The notes below the pieces were generated by a model, which saw nothing but the letters and a program-made list of their open reading frames with translations, had not been told where the DNA came from and made no database searches. From an uncultured Methanosarcinales archaeon (GTDB taxonomy: Archaea; Nanobdellota; Nanobdellia; Woesearchaeales; GW2011-AR9): a stretch of 64,000 bases of DNA. Within the stretch, counting starts at the first letter, position 1, and each line of letters starts with the position of its first letter. Both the position numbers and the translations under genes were made by a program. The stretch is from the NCBI GenBank assembly GCA_964552945.1, contig CAZKIP010000004.1:25794-89793 (forward strand). Reading direction: 5' to 3'. Below, piece after piece: positions 1 through 9,937 of the stretch.

Positions 1-707
1 TGATTAAGGTGGAGAATTCAGCTTTGAATTTTGCTAAAAAAGAAATGAGTGGAAAATGGGTTAAGATAGTCAATGGTGACAAATCTATCTGGGCTTCAAA
101 GAACTTTTCTCAAGAATGGGGAGAAAATGGAGAAAATTATTTTTCTTTGATTGAGAGAATTGATGAGGTTAGTTCTTTAACGGAAATTATTCCTTTGAAA
201 GTTGGAAATAAATGGAAATATGATGTTTTTTTATATGGGAGGAAGGTTGAAGAAGTTTCAACTGCTGTTAAATGCACTCGTAATGGTTACTTTTTATATG
301 GTCGAGAGGTTGTTAAGAATACTGGCGAAGGATTAGTTTCTGTTGGTCGTTCTAATAATTGTAAAAGTTTGAAAAAAGGAGATATTGAGGAGAGGGGCTG
401 TTTAGAATGGAGGAAAACTTATGCTGGTAAGGTTAGTACTGGAAAAGCTTGTGTTAGGTCAAAACCAGGTCTTCTTTACAGATATCCAGGGAAAGTTGGA
501 GAGGTTTATGATAATGGGAAATCTTTTTCTAAAATTGTTTCTGTTGCTGGGGTTTTTGGAGATAGAAAAGGTTGTTATGTTTATGAAGAAGGTGTGGGGA
601 AGGGTGGTCCTTTTGATTGTCCGGTTACTATTTGTCCCGGTTTAGGGCTGGTTAAGAGCAGTTGTGTGGATAAAAAATCTGTTTTAAAGAGTACTAATGT
701 TCGGTAA
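1..707 (+). CDS. Hypothetical Cys-containing protein, probably 5'-truncated by the window edge; first gene of the surface-protein locus
   Basis: The frame is open from the window start (ATT AAG GTG...) to TAA at 707. Several paired Cys in the C-terminal half. No recognisable domain. Confidence 0.6.
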   Translation, partial: IKVENSALNFAKKEMSGKWVKIVNGDKSIWASKNFSQEWGENGENYFSLIERIDEVSSLTEIIPLKVGNKWKYDVFLYGRKVEEVSTAVKCTRNGYFLYGREVVKNTGEGLVSVGRSNNCKSLKKGDIEERGCLEWRKTYAGKVSTGKACVRSKPGLLYRYPGKVGEVYDNGKSFSKIVSVAGVFGDRKGCYVYEEGVGKGGPFDCPVTICPGLGLVKSSCVDKKSVLKSTNVR

Positions 708-741
708 TTTTATAAATATAGAGTGATTGTTTTTCTTTATT

Positions 742-3700
742 ATGAAAAGAGGTGTGTTTTTAGTAGTTTTAGTTGTATTTCTCTTAGTTGGAAGTTTGAG
801 TGTTGTTGGTGGTACTGATGGGTTTGGTTGGAAAGTATATGATATGATGTATGCCCGGTATGATGGAGATGGTTGTGATGAAAATCAAATCGCTAAGGCA
901 AAACCTGTTGATGGTTTTGCCCATGGTGAAGGAATTGAAAAATGTTTTTTTAAGAAGGAGAGCGCAATAACTCCCTCGAAGCATGGATGTGTGGTTGGAG
1001 TTTCTGATGATTATGCGAATGGTAATGATTATTGTGCGGGAGGTTATAAGACTGAGGGGGCTTCTTTTGTCACTTCACCTACAAAAATAAAAAATTTTGC
1101 AGGATCAAAATTTTGGGAAGGAAGCGATTTTGGTGATAGTGATGCAAAAACATGTAGTGAGACTTTAATTCACCACCCGGATCCTTACCTATGTCAAAAT
1201 TCTAAATGGACATTGTGTGATTTTGGACAAAGAAATGAATATGTTACTTTGAAGAGTCTTAAAGATGGAGCATTACAATATTACTTCTGTGTTCAGGATA
1301 TTAATGGAGAAATGTCTTGGCAAAAAAAAGAACAATTGAGTAACTTTGATTCTGATGGAGATGGCGTTGCAGATCCTTTTGATTGTAGACCCAATAATAA
1401 AGAAATTTATGGAAAATTTCCTACAGGATGTGATCCTAGTGCTACTACTGGACCAAAAGTTTGTTTAAGTACATCCTCTGCCAAAGAAGTATGTAATAAC
1501 AATGGTCAAGATGATGATTGTGATGCCACAACTAATGATGATTGCGATAAAGATAAAGAAATTTGCCAAGCCTCACCAAATAAATTTTCTTGGATTGATG
1601 GTATTTCTGATAATAACAAGTGTTGCGGTAACAATGGACTTGATGATTTAGGAACTATTTCTTTAGATGGAACAACTCAAGAAAATATCTGTGTAGGCAA
1701 AGATCATGTTGGTGTTGCAAATGATAAAGGAGTAAAGGAAACAATGGGAACAGCATGGACTTCATCATGTGCTGGAGATTGGTGTTGGTTAAAAACAAGT
1801 GGAACTCCTGCTTTCAAAATAATGACCATTAGAACCCCTGAAGAAGACTATGATGTTGTCTCAAATACAAATAAATGGATAGAATGTAGGAAAAACAATC
1901 CTGATCAGAAAGTTCTTCCAACTAGTTTTTTAAATGAACAAAAGAATATAATGAATGCAAATAGATTTTATTGTTATGAAGAGGGAAATAGATGGAGCTG
2001 GGCAGATTGTAGAACTGAAGATATTCCAGATAGTGGAACCAACAATGGGGTAAAAAATAGATTTGAAGGAGATGGGCTGTTTTCTTTACATATTGACGAG
2101 GGGTATTCTACTGATTCTCAAAAGATTATTTTGGTTGAAAATAATCAAGGATTAAAAAATTATTATGGAGAGGGAAGATTATCTTTTGGAGATTATAATG
2201 TTTTAGAATTACACTTGAGATTTACTTCAATTGATTTGTTTAAAAAACCTGAAGTAACATTTGAGATTAGTGCAAAAGATAAACCATATTTGAAAGGAAA
2301 TGCGTTGAGTTATGCTGTTGGAAATTCACAAATAGAAGAAGGAAGGTGGATGAAAATTAGAATTCCTGTATCTGCTTACCCTAAAGTTGAAGCAATTTCT
2401 TTTAGTACTTTACCAAAACATGTTATTGAAGTAAGAAATGTTCGTTTAACAAAAGAAGATAATAGTGACAAAGCAGTTTGTTCAGGACAAGAGAGTGTTT
2501 CTAAAAAAGAAAGTTCTTGGTTGGAAAAAGGATTAGACACAATAAATGGAGAAATTAGTGGAGAAAACATTTGTAATGTCTTGTATGACCCAAATTATAA
2601 ACCTGCAGATTCTGATAAAAAGGTTGACTCTGTCGGAAACGCTTGGCTAGGAGGGGACAATTTTAACAATTTGGGAAAGAACCTTTGTTGTGGAAATACC
2701 GATGAAGAATATTATGCGGGAATGTCTAAGAACGAATATGGTTGTTGGAATTCTGTACCGGTAGAAAATAATCAACCAGTTACAAATGTTGGATATGAAG
2801 TTTCTTATATGAAAAAAGAGAGAGATGATATTAACGTTGGAACTGCAGAAATTACCTCAACAGTATATTTTACAACAAAAGAATACGTTGGATCAAAATA
2901 TCTCTTTTTTTGCTATCCTTCGGTTAATTTCCTGAACCTTGATGGGGACTCAGATAGTTTTGATTGTTCAATAATAAGTTCAAAAATGACCATCTCTAAA
3001 AACACACAGAATACTAATAATGAGGTGTTTAAAATTTCTGAAAAGGAAATTAATGAAAATTCCCTTATGGGGCATTTTGGAGGTTTTGTAAAAAAGATAA
3101 ATATTTATGCAGAAGCAGAAGACGAAACACACCCTGCCCAAATTCATATCAAATATGATATTTATAGTAATGTAGAGGCATTAAAAGATAATGATAAGGT
3201 TCACATAATTAATTATGCATTTCCACTTTCTGATTTGAGCCAGACACACCTATATGAAATAGATCTTGAAAAAAAAATTCTTAATGATAACCCCGAGGAT
3301 AAAAAGATAAAAGTGAAAGAATTTAAGATTACTTCCCAACTCAACCCTCAAGAACATAGTACATTTGGTAATCCTTTAGAAATTAAGGGAGTTCTTTTTT
3401 TTGAAAGTCCTCCTCCTAGTAATCAAGGACAATCTAGTGGAATATATAAAACACAAGTCAATTTTAAGAACAAAGAAAATATAATTCACAAGTTTGGAAA
3501 AAATGAACTTTCTAACCTAAAAGATGTAAAAACAACCAATCCAACAGTTAGTCTTACCGACGCTCCTTCTAATGCACAAATAAACGTAATAAAAACTTAT
3601 TTTTGGAATCCTCTTGGAAAAGATATCAAAAAAAGAGATTTAGGTAAGGAATTTAACCCTTTAAATATTGGAAATTATGATGAGATTCATTTGATTGCAG

Positions 3701-6060
3701 ATATAAATCCTAACGAAGAATTAAATTTGATTACAACAACTCCAAAAAAACCACTAGAAGTAAATAACAAGAAAATAATTAAACCATGCATGTCGGAAAC
3801 TTGTACCTACCCTCTCCCAGGAGAACCACCATATACAATAACTTATGAAGATACAGAGATGTATGATTTATTTTTCGTTGATGAAGAAGGAGAACATAAA
3901 TTAGGAAGAAAAATTACAATTGACCCCAATGTCCCGAATATGGCAGGTAATGCGCCAGGGATTCCTGCACTTCCTCCAACAGATGATGATGCAGGCACAG
4001 GCAAAGGAAAGACTGGAGGGTCATATCAACCAGGAGTACAAAAAATTGAGTCAGGGCCTTTCAACAATCATGGAGTTATTGTAGCAAAAAAGGTTCCTTT
4101 GTCCACAGTTAGAATATATGAAGATAAAGAGAAGGCATTCTATGGGTGTCAAGCACCAGATTATATCACCAATAATGCTTTGGTTAAACCCCATTTTAAA
4201 CAAGCAAACTTCTGCGATTTCCAAGGAGACAAATATTGTTCATATTCTGACAACGGATTAGGTAGCGAATGGAGTACTGAACCCTTAACTAAAGTGGGAT
4301 ACGACCTAAATAAAGGAGATGCTTCCTTCAAAAAAGACGAAAAAGGAAGTCTTATTTTTCCAGTTTTTGACCTTCTAGATTTGAAAGATAAACCATTCCT
4401 TCCAAAAGACAGAGTCCACACAACTTCCGTCCTCCCCGCAAGAAATTTCCTTTCAACAATTCAACCAGCTAAGGAATTGAAAAATTGGGAATTGTTAGGG
4501 GCGCAACCAGGTGCAGTAATATACTCTGATGCAGACGGAACTATAAACCTGTTAGATAAAAATCATTTGAAATCTAATAAAATTCCAGTACCTCAGAAAG
4601 TAGAGTTACATTTTTCTCATGAAGGAACTTGTAAGTCAAAAATAGTTCTTTATAATAAAGATGGAAAAGGTGTAATCAAAACAACTGATAAATTCAATAC
4701 AGGTGATTTTTCTTTATTAACGATTGAATTTTTTAAAGGACCCTGCACAATTAAAAATCCCTTTCTCCAATTAGTGGAAAAAGATGAGGAACCAGTAAAA
4801 TATGAAGAGTTCCAAGAACTGGAAACAGATAGAGCAGGTATCGCCTGCTGTCCAAAAGATTATTGCTGGAATGGATACGCATGTACAGCACCAATGGGAG
4901 AACATACCTTCCTTGCAGAAAAAACAAGTAATGGAAAAACATATCGTTGCTTAGCAGGAGAATGGACAATATCTACCCCTAAAAAAGATTGGAATGAAAA
5001 AGAATTTGGTTTCTGTGAAAAAATAGAGCAATGTTATGTGATGGGTTCCAATGATCCAAATAAAGGAGACTTCCAAGCATGTTTAGATAATAATGGCTAT
5101 GTGGCAGACCATTTCTGTGCAGCGGGTAACTGGACCAGTAGAACTAAATTTTTAGCATCAGCATTACTTGATGCGGTTGATAAAGAGGATTACACTATTT
5201 ATTGTACAGATCCAATCTCTGCTTTCAACATTGTTAAAGATGAAAATAAACCTTTCATCCTTGGAACAGAAAAAACTGTTTCAACTGGTGGAAAAGCTCC
5301 TCTACCTGGTCAAACACCAACCCCACCAAAAAAGATTCACACTTGCTCAAAACAAAGACATCCAAAAATTTCAGAAGAAGAAGACACTTGTATAAACAAT
5401 GTGTGTGTTGTTAGGTATGGTGAAAAAGATGAATTCTCAACAGCTTTTGCCACTACTATGAACAAACCTGGTAATTCAACTGGTTCTTTTTTAACACTTC
5501 TAAAAATTAATCCAACTGATTTAAATGACCTTTGTCAAGGAGAGGATAAAGGATTTGTTAAATGTAAATTGAAAGGGACAGAATTTTGGTACGATCAAAG
5601 AGTAGATGCAATTATTTACAGCGAAGACGGAATTTCTATCAAGAAAGATACTTTAGAAAAGATGTGGGATACTGTTAAAAATTTCTTTGCAAACTTCTTT
5701 GGACAAGGAAATAAGCCTTCCAAAACATCAAAAGAATTTCTTTTGAAAGCGCAGAACTTTAATGAGATATATCTTGCAAAGCAAGGGAAGCAGGAAGTAA
5801 GGGCAGTTAAAGAAGTATTGAACGAGTTAGAGGGAGGAATTACCGTTGAGTATGAGGGCTTTAAAACGCCTCTCTGTCAATATTATGATAAAACAAGGAT
5901 TAAGCATCCTTCTTTCAAAAGTAAAGGCGTTTTTAATACAAAAGATTTCGATTTCAGATGTGTTGATACAAACAAATTAACTACAATACAGGCTAAAACA
6001 AATTTAGATTATATCTTCCCAAATATCACTGCAAATTTGAGAGTGGCCCTAGAAGACTAA
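742..6060 (+). CDS. Giant secreted Cys-rich surface protein (~1772 aa) with a DxDxDG Ca-binding/MopE-like metal-binding motif, repeated CC(G/P) modules and a possible carbohydrate-binding beta-sandwich
   Basis: Start reassigned to ATG 742 (MKRGVFLVVLVVFLLVGSLSVVG signal peptide), ~30 nt after a TTTATAAA box. Motifs: DSDGDGVADPFDC...EVCNNNGQDDDCD, KCCGNN, LCCGNT, ACCPKDYCWNG. No C-terminal TM helix. Confidence 0.75.
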   Translation: MKRGVFLVVLVVFLLVGSLSVVGGTDGFGWKVYDMMYARYDGDGCDENQIAKAKPVDGFAHGEGIEKCFFKKESAITPSKHGCVVGVSDDYANGNDYCAGGYKTEGASFVTSPTKIKNFAGSKFWEGSDFGDSDAKTCSETLIHHPDPYLCQNSKWTLCDFGQRNEYVTLKSLKDGALQYYFCVQDINGEMSWQKKEQLSNFDSDGDGVADPFDCRPNNKEIYGKFPTGCDPSATTGPKVCLSTSSAKEVCNNNGQDDDCDATTNDDCDKDKEICQASPNKFSWIDGISDNNKCCGNNGLDDLGTISLDGTTQENICVGKDHVGVANDKGVKETMGTAWTSSCAGDWCWLKTSGTPAFKIMTIRTPEEDYDVVSNTNKWIECRKNNPDQKVLPTSFLNEQKNIMNANRFYCYEEGNRWSWADCRTEDIPDSGTNNGVKNRFEGDGLFSLHIDEGYSTDSQKIILVENNQGLKNYYGEGRLSFGDYNVLELHLRFTSIDLFKKPEVTFEISAKDKPYLKGNALSYAVGNSQIEEGRWMKIRIPVSAYPKVEAISFSTLPKHVIEVRNVRLTKEDNSDKAVCSGQESVSKKESSWLEKGLDTINGEISGENICNVLYDPNYKPADSDKKVDSVGNAWLGGDNFNNLGKNLCCGNTDEEYYAGMSKNEYGCWNSVPVENNQPVTNVGYEVSYMKKERDDINVGTAEITSTVYFTTKEYVGSKYLFFCYPSVNFLNLDGDSDSFDCSIISSKMTISKNTQNTNNEVFKISEKEINENSLMGHFGGFVKKINIYAEAEDETHPAQIHIKYDIYSNVEALKDNDKVHIINYAFPLSDLSQTHLYEIDLEKKILNDNPEDKKIKVKEFKITSQLNPQEHSTFGNPLEIKGVLFFESPPPSNQGQSSGIYKTQVNFKNKENIIHKFGKNELSNLKDVKTTNPTVSLTDAPSNAQINVIKTYFWNPLGKDIKKRDLGKEFNPLNIGNYDEIHLIADINPNEELNLITTTPKKPLEVNNKKIIKPCMSETCTYPLPGEPPYTITYEDTEMYDLFFVDEEGEHKLGRKITIDPNVPNMAGNAPGIPALPPTDDDAGTGKGKTGGSYQPGVQKIESGPFNNHGVIVAKKVPLSTVRIYEDKEKAFYGCQAPDYITNNALVKPHFKQANFCDFQGDKYCSYSDNGLGSEWSTEPLTKVGYDLNKGDASFKKDEKGSLIFPVFDLLDLKDKPFLPKDRVHTTSVLPARNFLSTIQPAKELKNWELLGAQPGAVIYSDADGTINLLDKNHLKSNKIPVPQKVELHFSHEGTCKSKIVLYNKDGKGVIKTTDKFNTGDFSLLTIEFFKGPCTIKNPFLQLVEKDEEPVKYEEFQELETDRAGIACCPKDYCWNGYACTAPMGEHTFLAEKTSNGKTYRCLAGEWTISTPKKDWNEKEFGFCEKIEQCYVMGSNDPNKGDFQACLDNNGYVADHFCAAGNWTSRTKFLASALLDAVDKEDYTIYCTDPISAFNIVKDENKPFILGTEKTVSTGGKAPLPGQTPTPPKKIHTCSKQRHPKISEEEDTCINNVCVVRYGEKDEFSTAFATTMNKPGNSTGSFLTLLKINPTDLNDLCQGEDKGFVKCKLKGTEFWYDQRVDAIIYSEDGISIKKDTLEKMWDTVKNFFANFFGQGNKPSKTSKEFLLKAQNFNEIYLAKQGKQEVRAVKEVLNELEGGITVEYEGFKTPLCQYYDKTRIKHPSFKSKGVFNTKDFDFRCVDTNKLTTIQAKTNLDYIFPNITANLRVALED

Positions 6061-6484
6061 ATCCTTCTTTCTTAATGTCTTCTATAAGATAATGCATATT
6101 AAAAGAAACTACTGCGTAATTCTTTTCAAGCAACTCTAAAAAAGTGTCTAGCTCTTTGATATTCTTACAAACCACCTCAGCTATGAAATCCCATCCATTG
6201 TTTGTTTTCTGTAAGGTATTTACATTATTGTGATGTTGCAAAAATAGAAGTAATCTATTTTTGTTTTCATTATCAACTTTCAAAAATACTTGAGCTCTGG
6301 CCCTGTAACCCATTTCATCGAAATTTAAAACAACCGTGTTTTTCTTAATTACACTATTTTGCAGCCCTTTCAGTAAATCGAAGAGGGTTGAAATTGGTAT
6401 GTGCGTTTTTTTGCTGATGGAAGTTAGTTTTGCGCGTGAATTTCTTCGCAAACATTCCAACAATAGCAAGGATTTTTCTTTCAT
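6026..6484 (-). CDS. Lrp/AsnC family transcriptional regulator
   Basis: N-terminal HTH (LRRNSRAKLTSISKKTHIPISTLFD), linker VLNFDEMGY and a RAM-like C-terminal domain (GWDFIAEV). Confidence 0.88.
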   Translation of the reverse strand: MKEKSLLLLECLRRNSRAKLTSISKKTHIPISTLFDLLKGLQNSVIKKNTVVLNFDEMGYRARAQVFLKVDNENKNRLLLFLQHHNNVNTLQKTNNGWDFIAEVVCKNIKELDTFLELLEKNYAVVSFNMHYLIEDIKKEGFSLLGPLSNLQ

Positions 6485-6581
6485 TTCTTTACCTTGCAGG
6501 AGTAACTATAAAAAGAAATATTTAAAAGTTCCGGCCACTTTTTTGAACAAAAAGCAACAACCTTCCTTAATTTATTACAAT

Positions 6582-7550
6582 ATGTTCAAGATAGACAAAT
6601 ATGATAGGAAAATCCTGTACGAACTAGATAAAAATGGCCGTGCTACCCTTACAGAGATAGCAAAAAAAATCAATAAGTCAAAATCCTTTGTTCTTTATCG
6701 TATTGATAAGATGAAAGAAAGCGGTTTCTACTTGCATGACATAGTTATTTACGACGTTTCTAAGTTAGGATATCAAACATATTATCTGTATCTAAGGGTG
6801 GTGGATCATACTGCTAAAAAGGAAGCCGAATTAATCAATTATCTTAAGAGTAAGCCAGAGGTTTATAGTATTCAGAGAATTATTGGAAAATATCAACTTT
6901 ATATCTCTATAATTGCTGAAGATGTCCTTTTGCTTGAAAGTATACTTCTGGAATTGGTAGAAAATTTTGAAAAGGTGGTTGTTGGATATCGGATTTTGCT
7001 TCTTTATAGTGCCAATTCCCCTTCCCATCATTACTTGTTTAAAGATTATCCCTGGATAGATAAAGATACTTCTATTTATGGAGCCGACCCTATTCCTGTA
7101 CTTCCAAAAGAAAGAGAATTTCTAAAAGTTCTTTCTGAGCACCCAAGGGGGTCTTTTAGTATGATTGCCAAAGAAATGGGAAGCAGTTTACCTAAAGTAA
7201 GAGACATGTATAAAGACTTGGTTAAAAGAAAAATTATTATTGCAATTCGTCCTTCATTGGAACCAAGGGTGATTGGTTTTTTGGATAAACATATCACCAT
7301 AAAAATGAAGTTTAAAGGATTGTTGAAATTGAAGGAGATTAAGAATTATCTAATGGGGTTGAAATCTACAAAATTTATTTCTTATACTTTTGGAAATTAT
7401 GATTTAACGGGAGCATTTGTTTTTGAAGACTTAGAAGAATTTAAGAATTTTCAAAGCGGCGTATTCAATCATTTTGGAGATTCGATAAATTTTATTGATT
7501 TCCACGATTACTTTGAAGAAATTAAATATCACCACTTTAAACGAGAGTAA
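6582..7550 (+). CDS. Tandem-duplicated Lrp/AsnC family regulator (two HTH-RAM units)
   Basis: Start reassigned to ATG 6582 (MFKIDKYDRKILYELDKNGRATLTEIAK). A second HTH follows (EREFLKVLSEHPRGSFSMIAKEMG), and each unit has a G(K/N)Y(Q/D)L RAM motif. Confidence 0.85.
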   Translation: MFKIDKYDRKILYELDKNGRATLTEIAKKINKSKSFVLYRIDKMKESGFYLHDIVIYDVSKLGYQTYYLYLRVVDHTAKKEAELINYLKSKPEVYSIQRIIGKYQLYISIIAEDVLLLESILLELVENFEKVVVGYRILLLYSANSPSHHYLFKDYPWIDKDTSIYGADPIPVLPKEREFLKVLSEHPRGSFSMIAKEMGSSLPKVRDMYKDLVKRKIIIAIRPSLEPRVIGFLDKHITIKMKFKGLLKLKEIKNYLMGLKSTKFISYTFGNYDLTGAFVFEDLEEFKNFQSGVFNHFGDSINFIDFHDYFEEIKYHHFKRE

Positions 7551-7582
7551 ATTTATAAGGTAGTATTGTTTTATTCCTTACA

Positions 7583-9937
7583 ATGAAAAAAAGAGGACAA
7601 ATTACCATCTTCATAATTTTAGGTGCAACGATTTTTCTAGTTTCCATTTTTTTACTATCTTTCACAAAAGAAGTTACCGAATCTTCTTTAAGTGATGAAC
7701 AAGATAGGTTTTATACTGAACTTTTACAAAGGGAAGGGTTGAGACTATTTGTAGAAGATTGCTTAGAGGATCCTTTGGATGAAGCATTGGAACTTATTGG
7801 TAAGCAAGGGAGATTATGGGCAGACCAACCAGGAGGGATTGTGGCTTTCTCGAAAGATTTAGGAGTAAGAGTTGCTGGAGAAGAAGATGTTAAAGGAGCC
7901 AGGGTTTTTTTTGGAATAAGAAATGAATTAAGGTCTTCCGATAATGTATATCCTTGTAATTCTGTTGATGCTCCTCCAGATTTATGTACCTATTCTTTTC
8001 CAAACACAACAATTGGTTTTGGAGATAGAGAAAGAATTCTTAATGTAATAGAGGGAGATTTAGAAAGATATTTACAAGAAGAAACTAAAAGGTGTGTTAA
8101 ACAGTTTGTTAATGAAGAAATCTCTAACGATGCAGTTATCAGTGAAACTGAGTTTACGATGGATGTAGAATTGAAAGCAGAAGCACTCCATGTTGATGTG
8201 GAATATCCACTACGTTTTGTTGTTAGAGGGAAGGAATTTTTTACAAATTCAAAATTTAATATGGTTGTAAAAACTAGATTTAAGAGATTTTTAGATTCCG
8301 TAGTTTCCCTTGCTTTAAGATGGGATGAGAAATATGCTGATTTCGAATTTACTTCTGATACTTTGAAGAAAAATTCTTTTTCTTATCAAAGTGAGAAAGA
8401 CATTTCTAATTGTGAAGGAATAGGTCCTTATACTTGTGAGTTATCTCTAACAGCGATGCAAACTTTTGATGTGGAAATGGAGAGACAGAGTGTCGATGGG
8501 CACGACCTTTTTATTTTCAAAGGGCCTGATTTTTTTTATAGGGTTGCTAGACAGAACAGGCCACCTGCTTTAGATTATGTTAATCGGAAAGCTTGTCCAG
8601 TTAGTTATGATTATTTGGTAATTAAGGAAGACCCCACTTTGAAAGATGTGGATATAACTCTTAACGCAGTTGATCCGGATGAGGAGAGTAAAGAGGTAAA
8701 ATATTTCTTTGAAGGATTGCCTACCGGATGGGACCAGTTTGTTAAAGGAAATAAGATGGTAATTCCTCCTCCTGAATTAACTTTGGAGAAATATGAATTT
8801 AAGGTAAGGGTAGAAGACGAACATGGTTTATCGGATTGGCAGAATGTTAGAATTGCCGTGGATAAACCTCTTGATTCCGAGATCTCTTTCAACCTTCCTT
8901 ACAAAGTTCTTGATAATAATGTCTTGGTTGATTACAAAGTTTATTCACAGAATTTAGGCACTTATATGGTTAGTAAAGAAGACCCTCTATTTTTGGAATT
9001 TAGATATCCTTCAGTTAATTTACAAGGACAGGAAGTAAATGCTAGAATAACAAAGAATGGAAACGAAATCCCAATTGTTACTGCGTTATCTAAGGGAAGT
9101 AATTTGTTTTGCATCCCTTCTGGAACGAGTTGTTTGATAGACGATTATAAGGATATTAATGATTTTGGAAAAATAGATTATAAAGATGGCGATAAGCTAA
9201 AGTTGGATGTTGATGTTAATTTCTGTGGAGGGTATAAAGATGAGAAGCAGCAGGAATTAGAAGTTAGAATGGTTGAGTGTATACCTCATCGAAATGAAGA
9301 GTATCCTTTTGCAGCTCCTTATAATGATTGGAAAAATGAAAAGGGAAAGATTGTTAGGGTTCAGACTCCAATAAATCCTTTCTTGGCTACTCATAGTTGT
9401 TGTGCTGACGATTTTAAAATTAAGAATAGTGGAGATTGTTTTGTAAATCCGGAGAAGACTTGCGGTGGAAATGTTGGCAAAATTGATTATATTTTGGAAG
9501 AGCAATATGCAACTTGTGATAAAGGAAGGGGAAATCTTTGTGGGGATCCAAAGTATCGCGAAGTTAAAGATGCCAATGGAAAAATTATTTGTCCAGACCC
9601 CGCAATACATACAACTTGTAGTAAGGTGGCTTCTGAATGTTCTGGTAGGGAGCAGTATTCTTTAGAACAGAAGAAGGATGGCTTTTGGTGTAATGGTCCC
9701 GCGGGTTGTGGTTTGGATAAGAAGGCTTGTGAGAGTGAGATTGTTTATACTGTTGATACCCCTAGTAATATTTTTCAGAATAATGTCGCTGTTGGAAAGG
9801 ATTTTAATAAGTATCAATGTGGATGTGATTCCACCAGTGCTAAAGATAAAAAAGTTTGTTATGATTTTGTTTCTGGAAAGCCAGGGGTTTGTGAAGACAT
9901 TGGTACCACCAGCTCAGTTTACAAATGTGTCACTTAA
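7583..9937 (+). CDS. Large type IV pilin-like protein (class III signal) with an Ig/cadherin-like domain and Cys-rich C-terminus
   Basis: N-terminus MKKRG/QITIFIILGATIFLVSIFLL. The segment NRPPALD...NAVDPDE...VRVEDEHGLSD is Ig/PKD/cadherin-like. Dense Cys in the last ~220 aa. Confidence 0.75.
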   Translation: MKKRGQITIFIILGATIFLVSIFLLSFTKEVTESSLSDEQDRFYTELLQREGLRLFVEDCLEDPLDEALELIGKQGRLWADQPGGIVAFSKDLGVRVAGEEDVKGARVFFGIRNELRSSDNVYPCNSVDAPPDLCTYSFPNTTIGFGDRERILNVIEGDLERYLQEETKRCVKQFVNEEISNDAVISETEFTMDVELKAEALHVDVEYPLRFVVRGKEFFTNSKFNMVVKTRFKRFLDSVVSLALRWDEKYADFEFTSDTLKKNSFSYQSEKDISNCEGIGPYTCELSLTAMQTFDVEMERQSVDGHDLFIFKGPDFFYRVARQNRPPALDYVNRKACPVSYDYLVIKEDPTLKDVDITLNAVDPDEESKEVKYFFEGLPTGWDQFVKGNKMVIPPPELTLEKYEFKVRVEDEHGLSDWQNVRIAVDKPLDSEISFNLPYKVLDNNVLVDYKVYSQNLGTYMVSKEDPLFLEFRYPSVNLQGQEVNARITKNGNEIPIVTALSKGSNLFCIPSGTSCLIDDYKDINDFGKIDYKDGDKLKLDVDVNFCGGYKDEKQQELEVRMVECIPHRNEEYPFAAPYNDWKNEKGKIVRVQTPINPFLATHSCCADDFKIKNSGDCFVNPEKTCGGNVGKIDYILEEQYATCDKGRGNLCGDPKYREVKDANGKIICPDPAIHTTCSKVASECSGREQYSLEQKKDGFWCNGPAGCGLDKKACESEIVYTVDTPSNIFQNNVAVGKDFNKYQCGCDSTSAKDKKVCYDFVSGKPGVCEDIGTTSSVYKCVT

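Noticed and set aside
1..1075. Local G/T-rich strand skew at the window start
   Set aside because: It crosses a gene boundary without repeats or mobile-element hallmarks and cannot be quantified by eye. Similar patches occur elsewhere.
6336..6581. N-terminal extension of the 404-aa ORF overlapping the divergent Lrp
   Set aside because: Lrp homology starts at ATG 6582; the extension is antisense to another gene.
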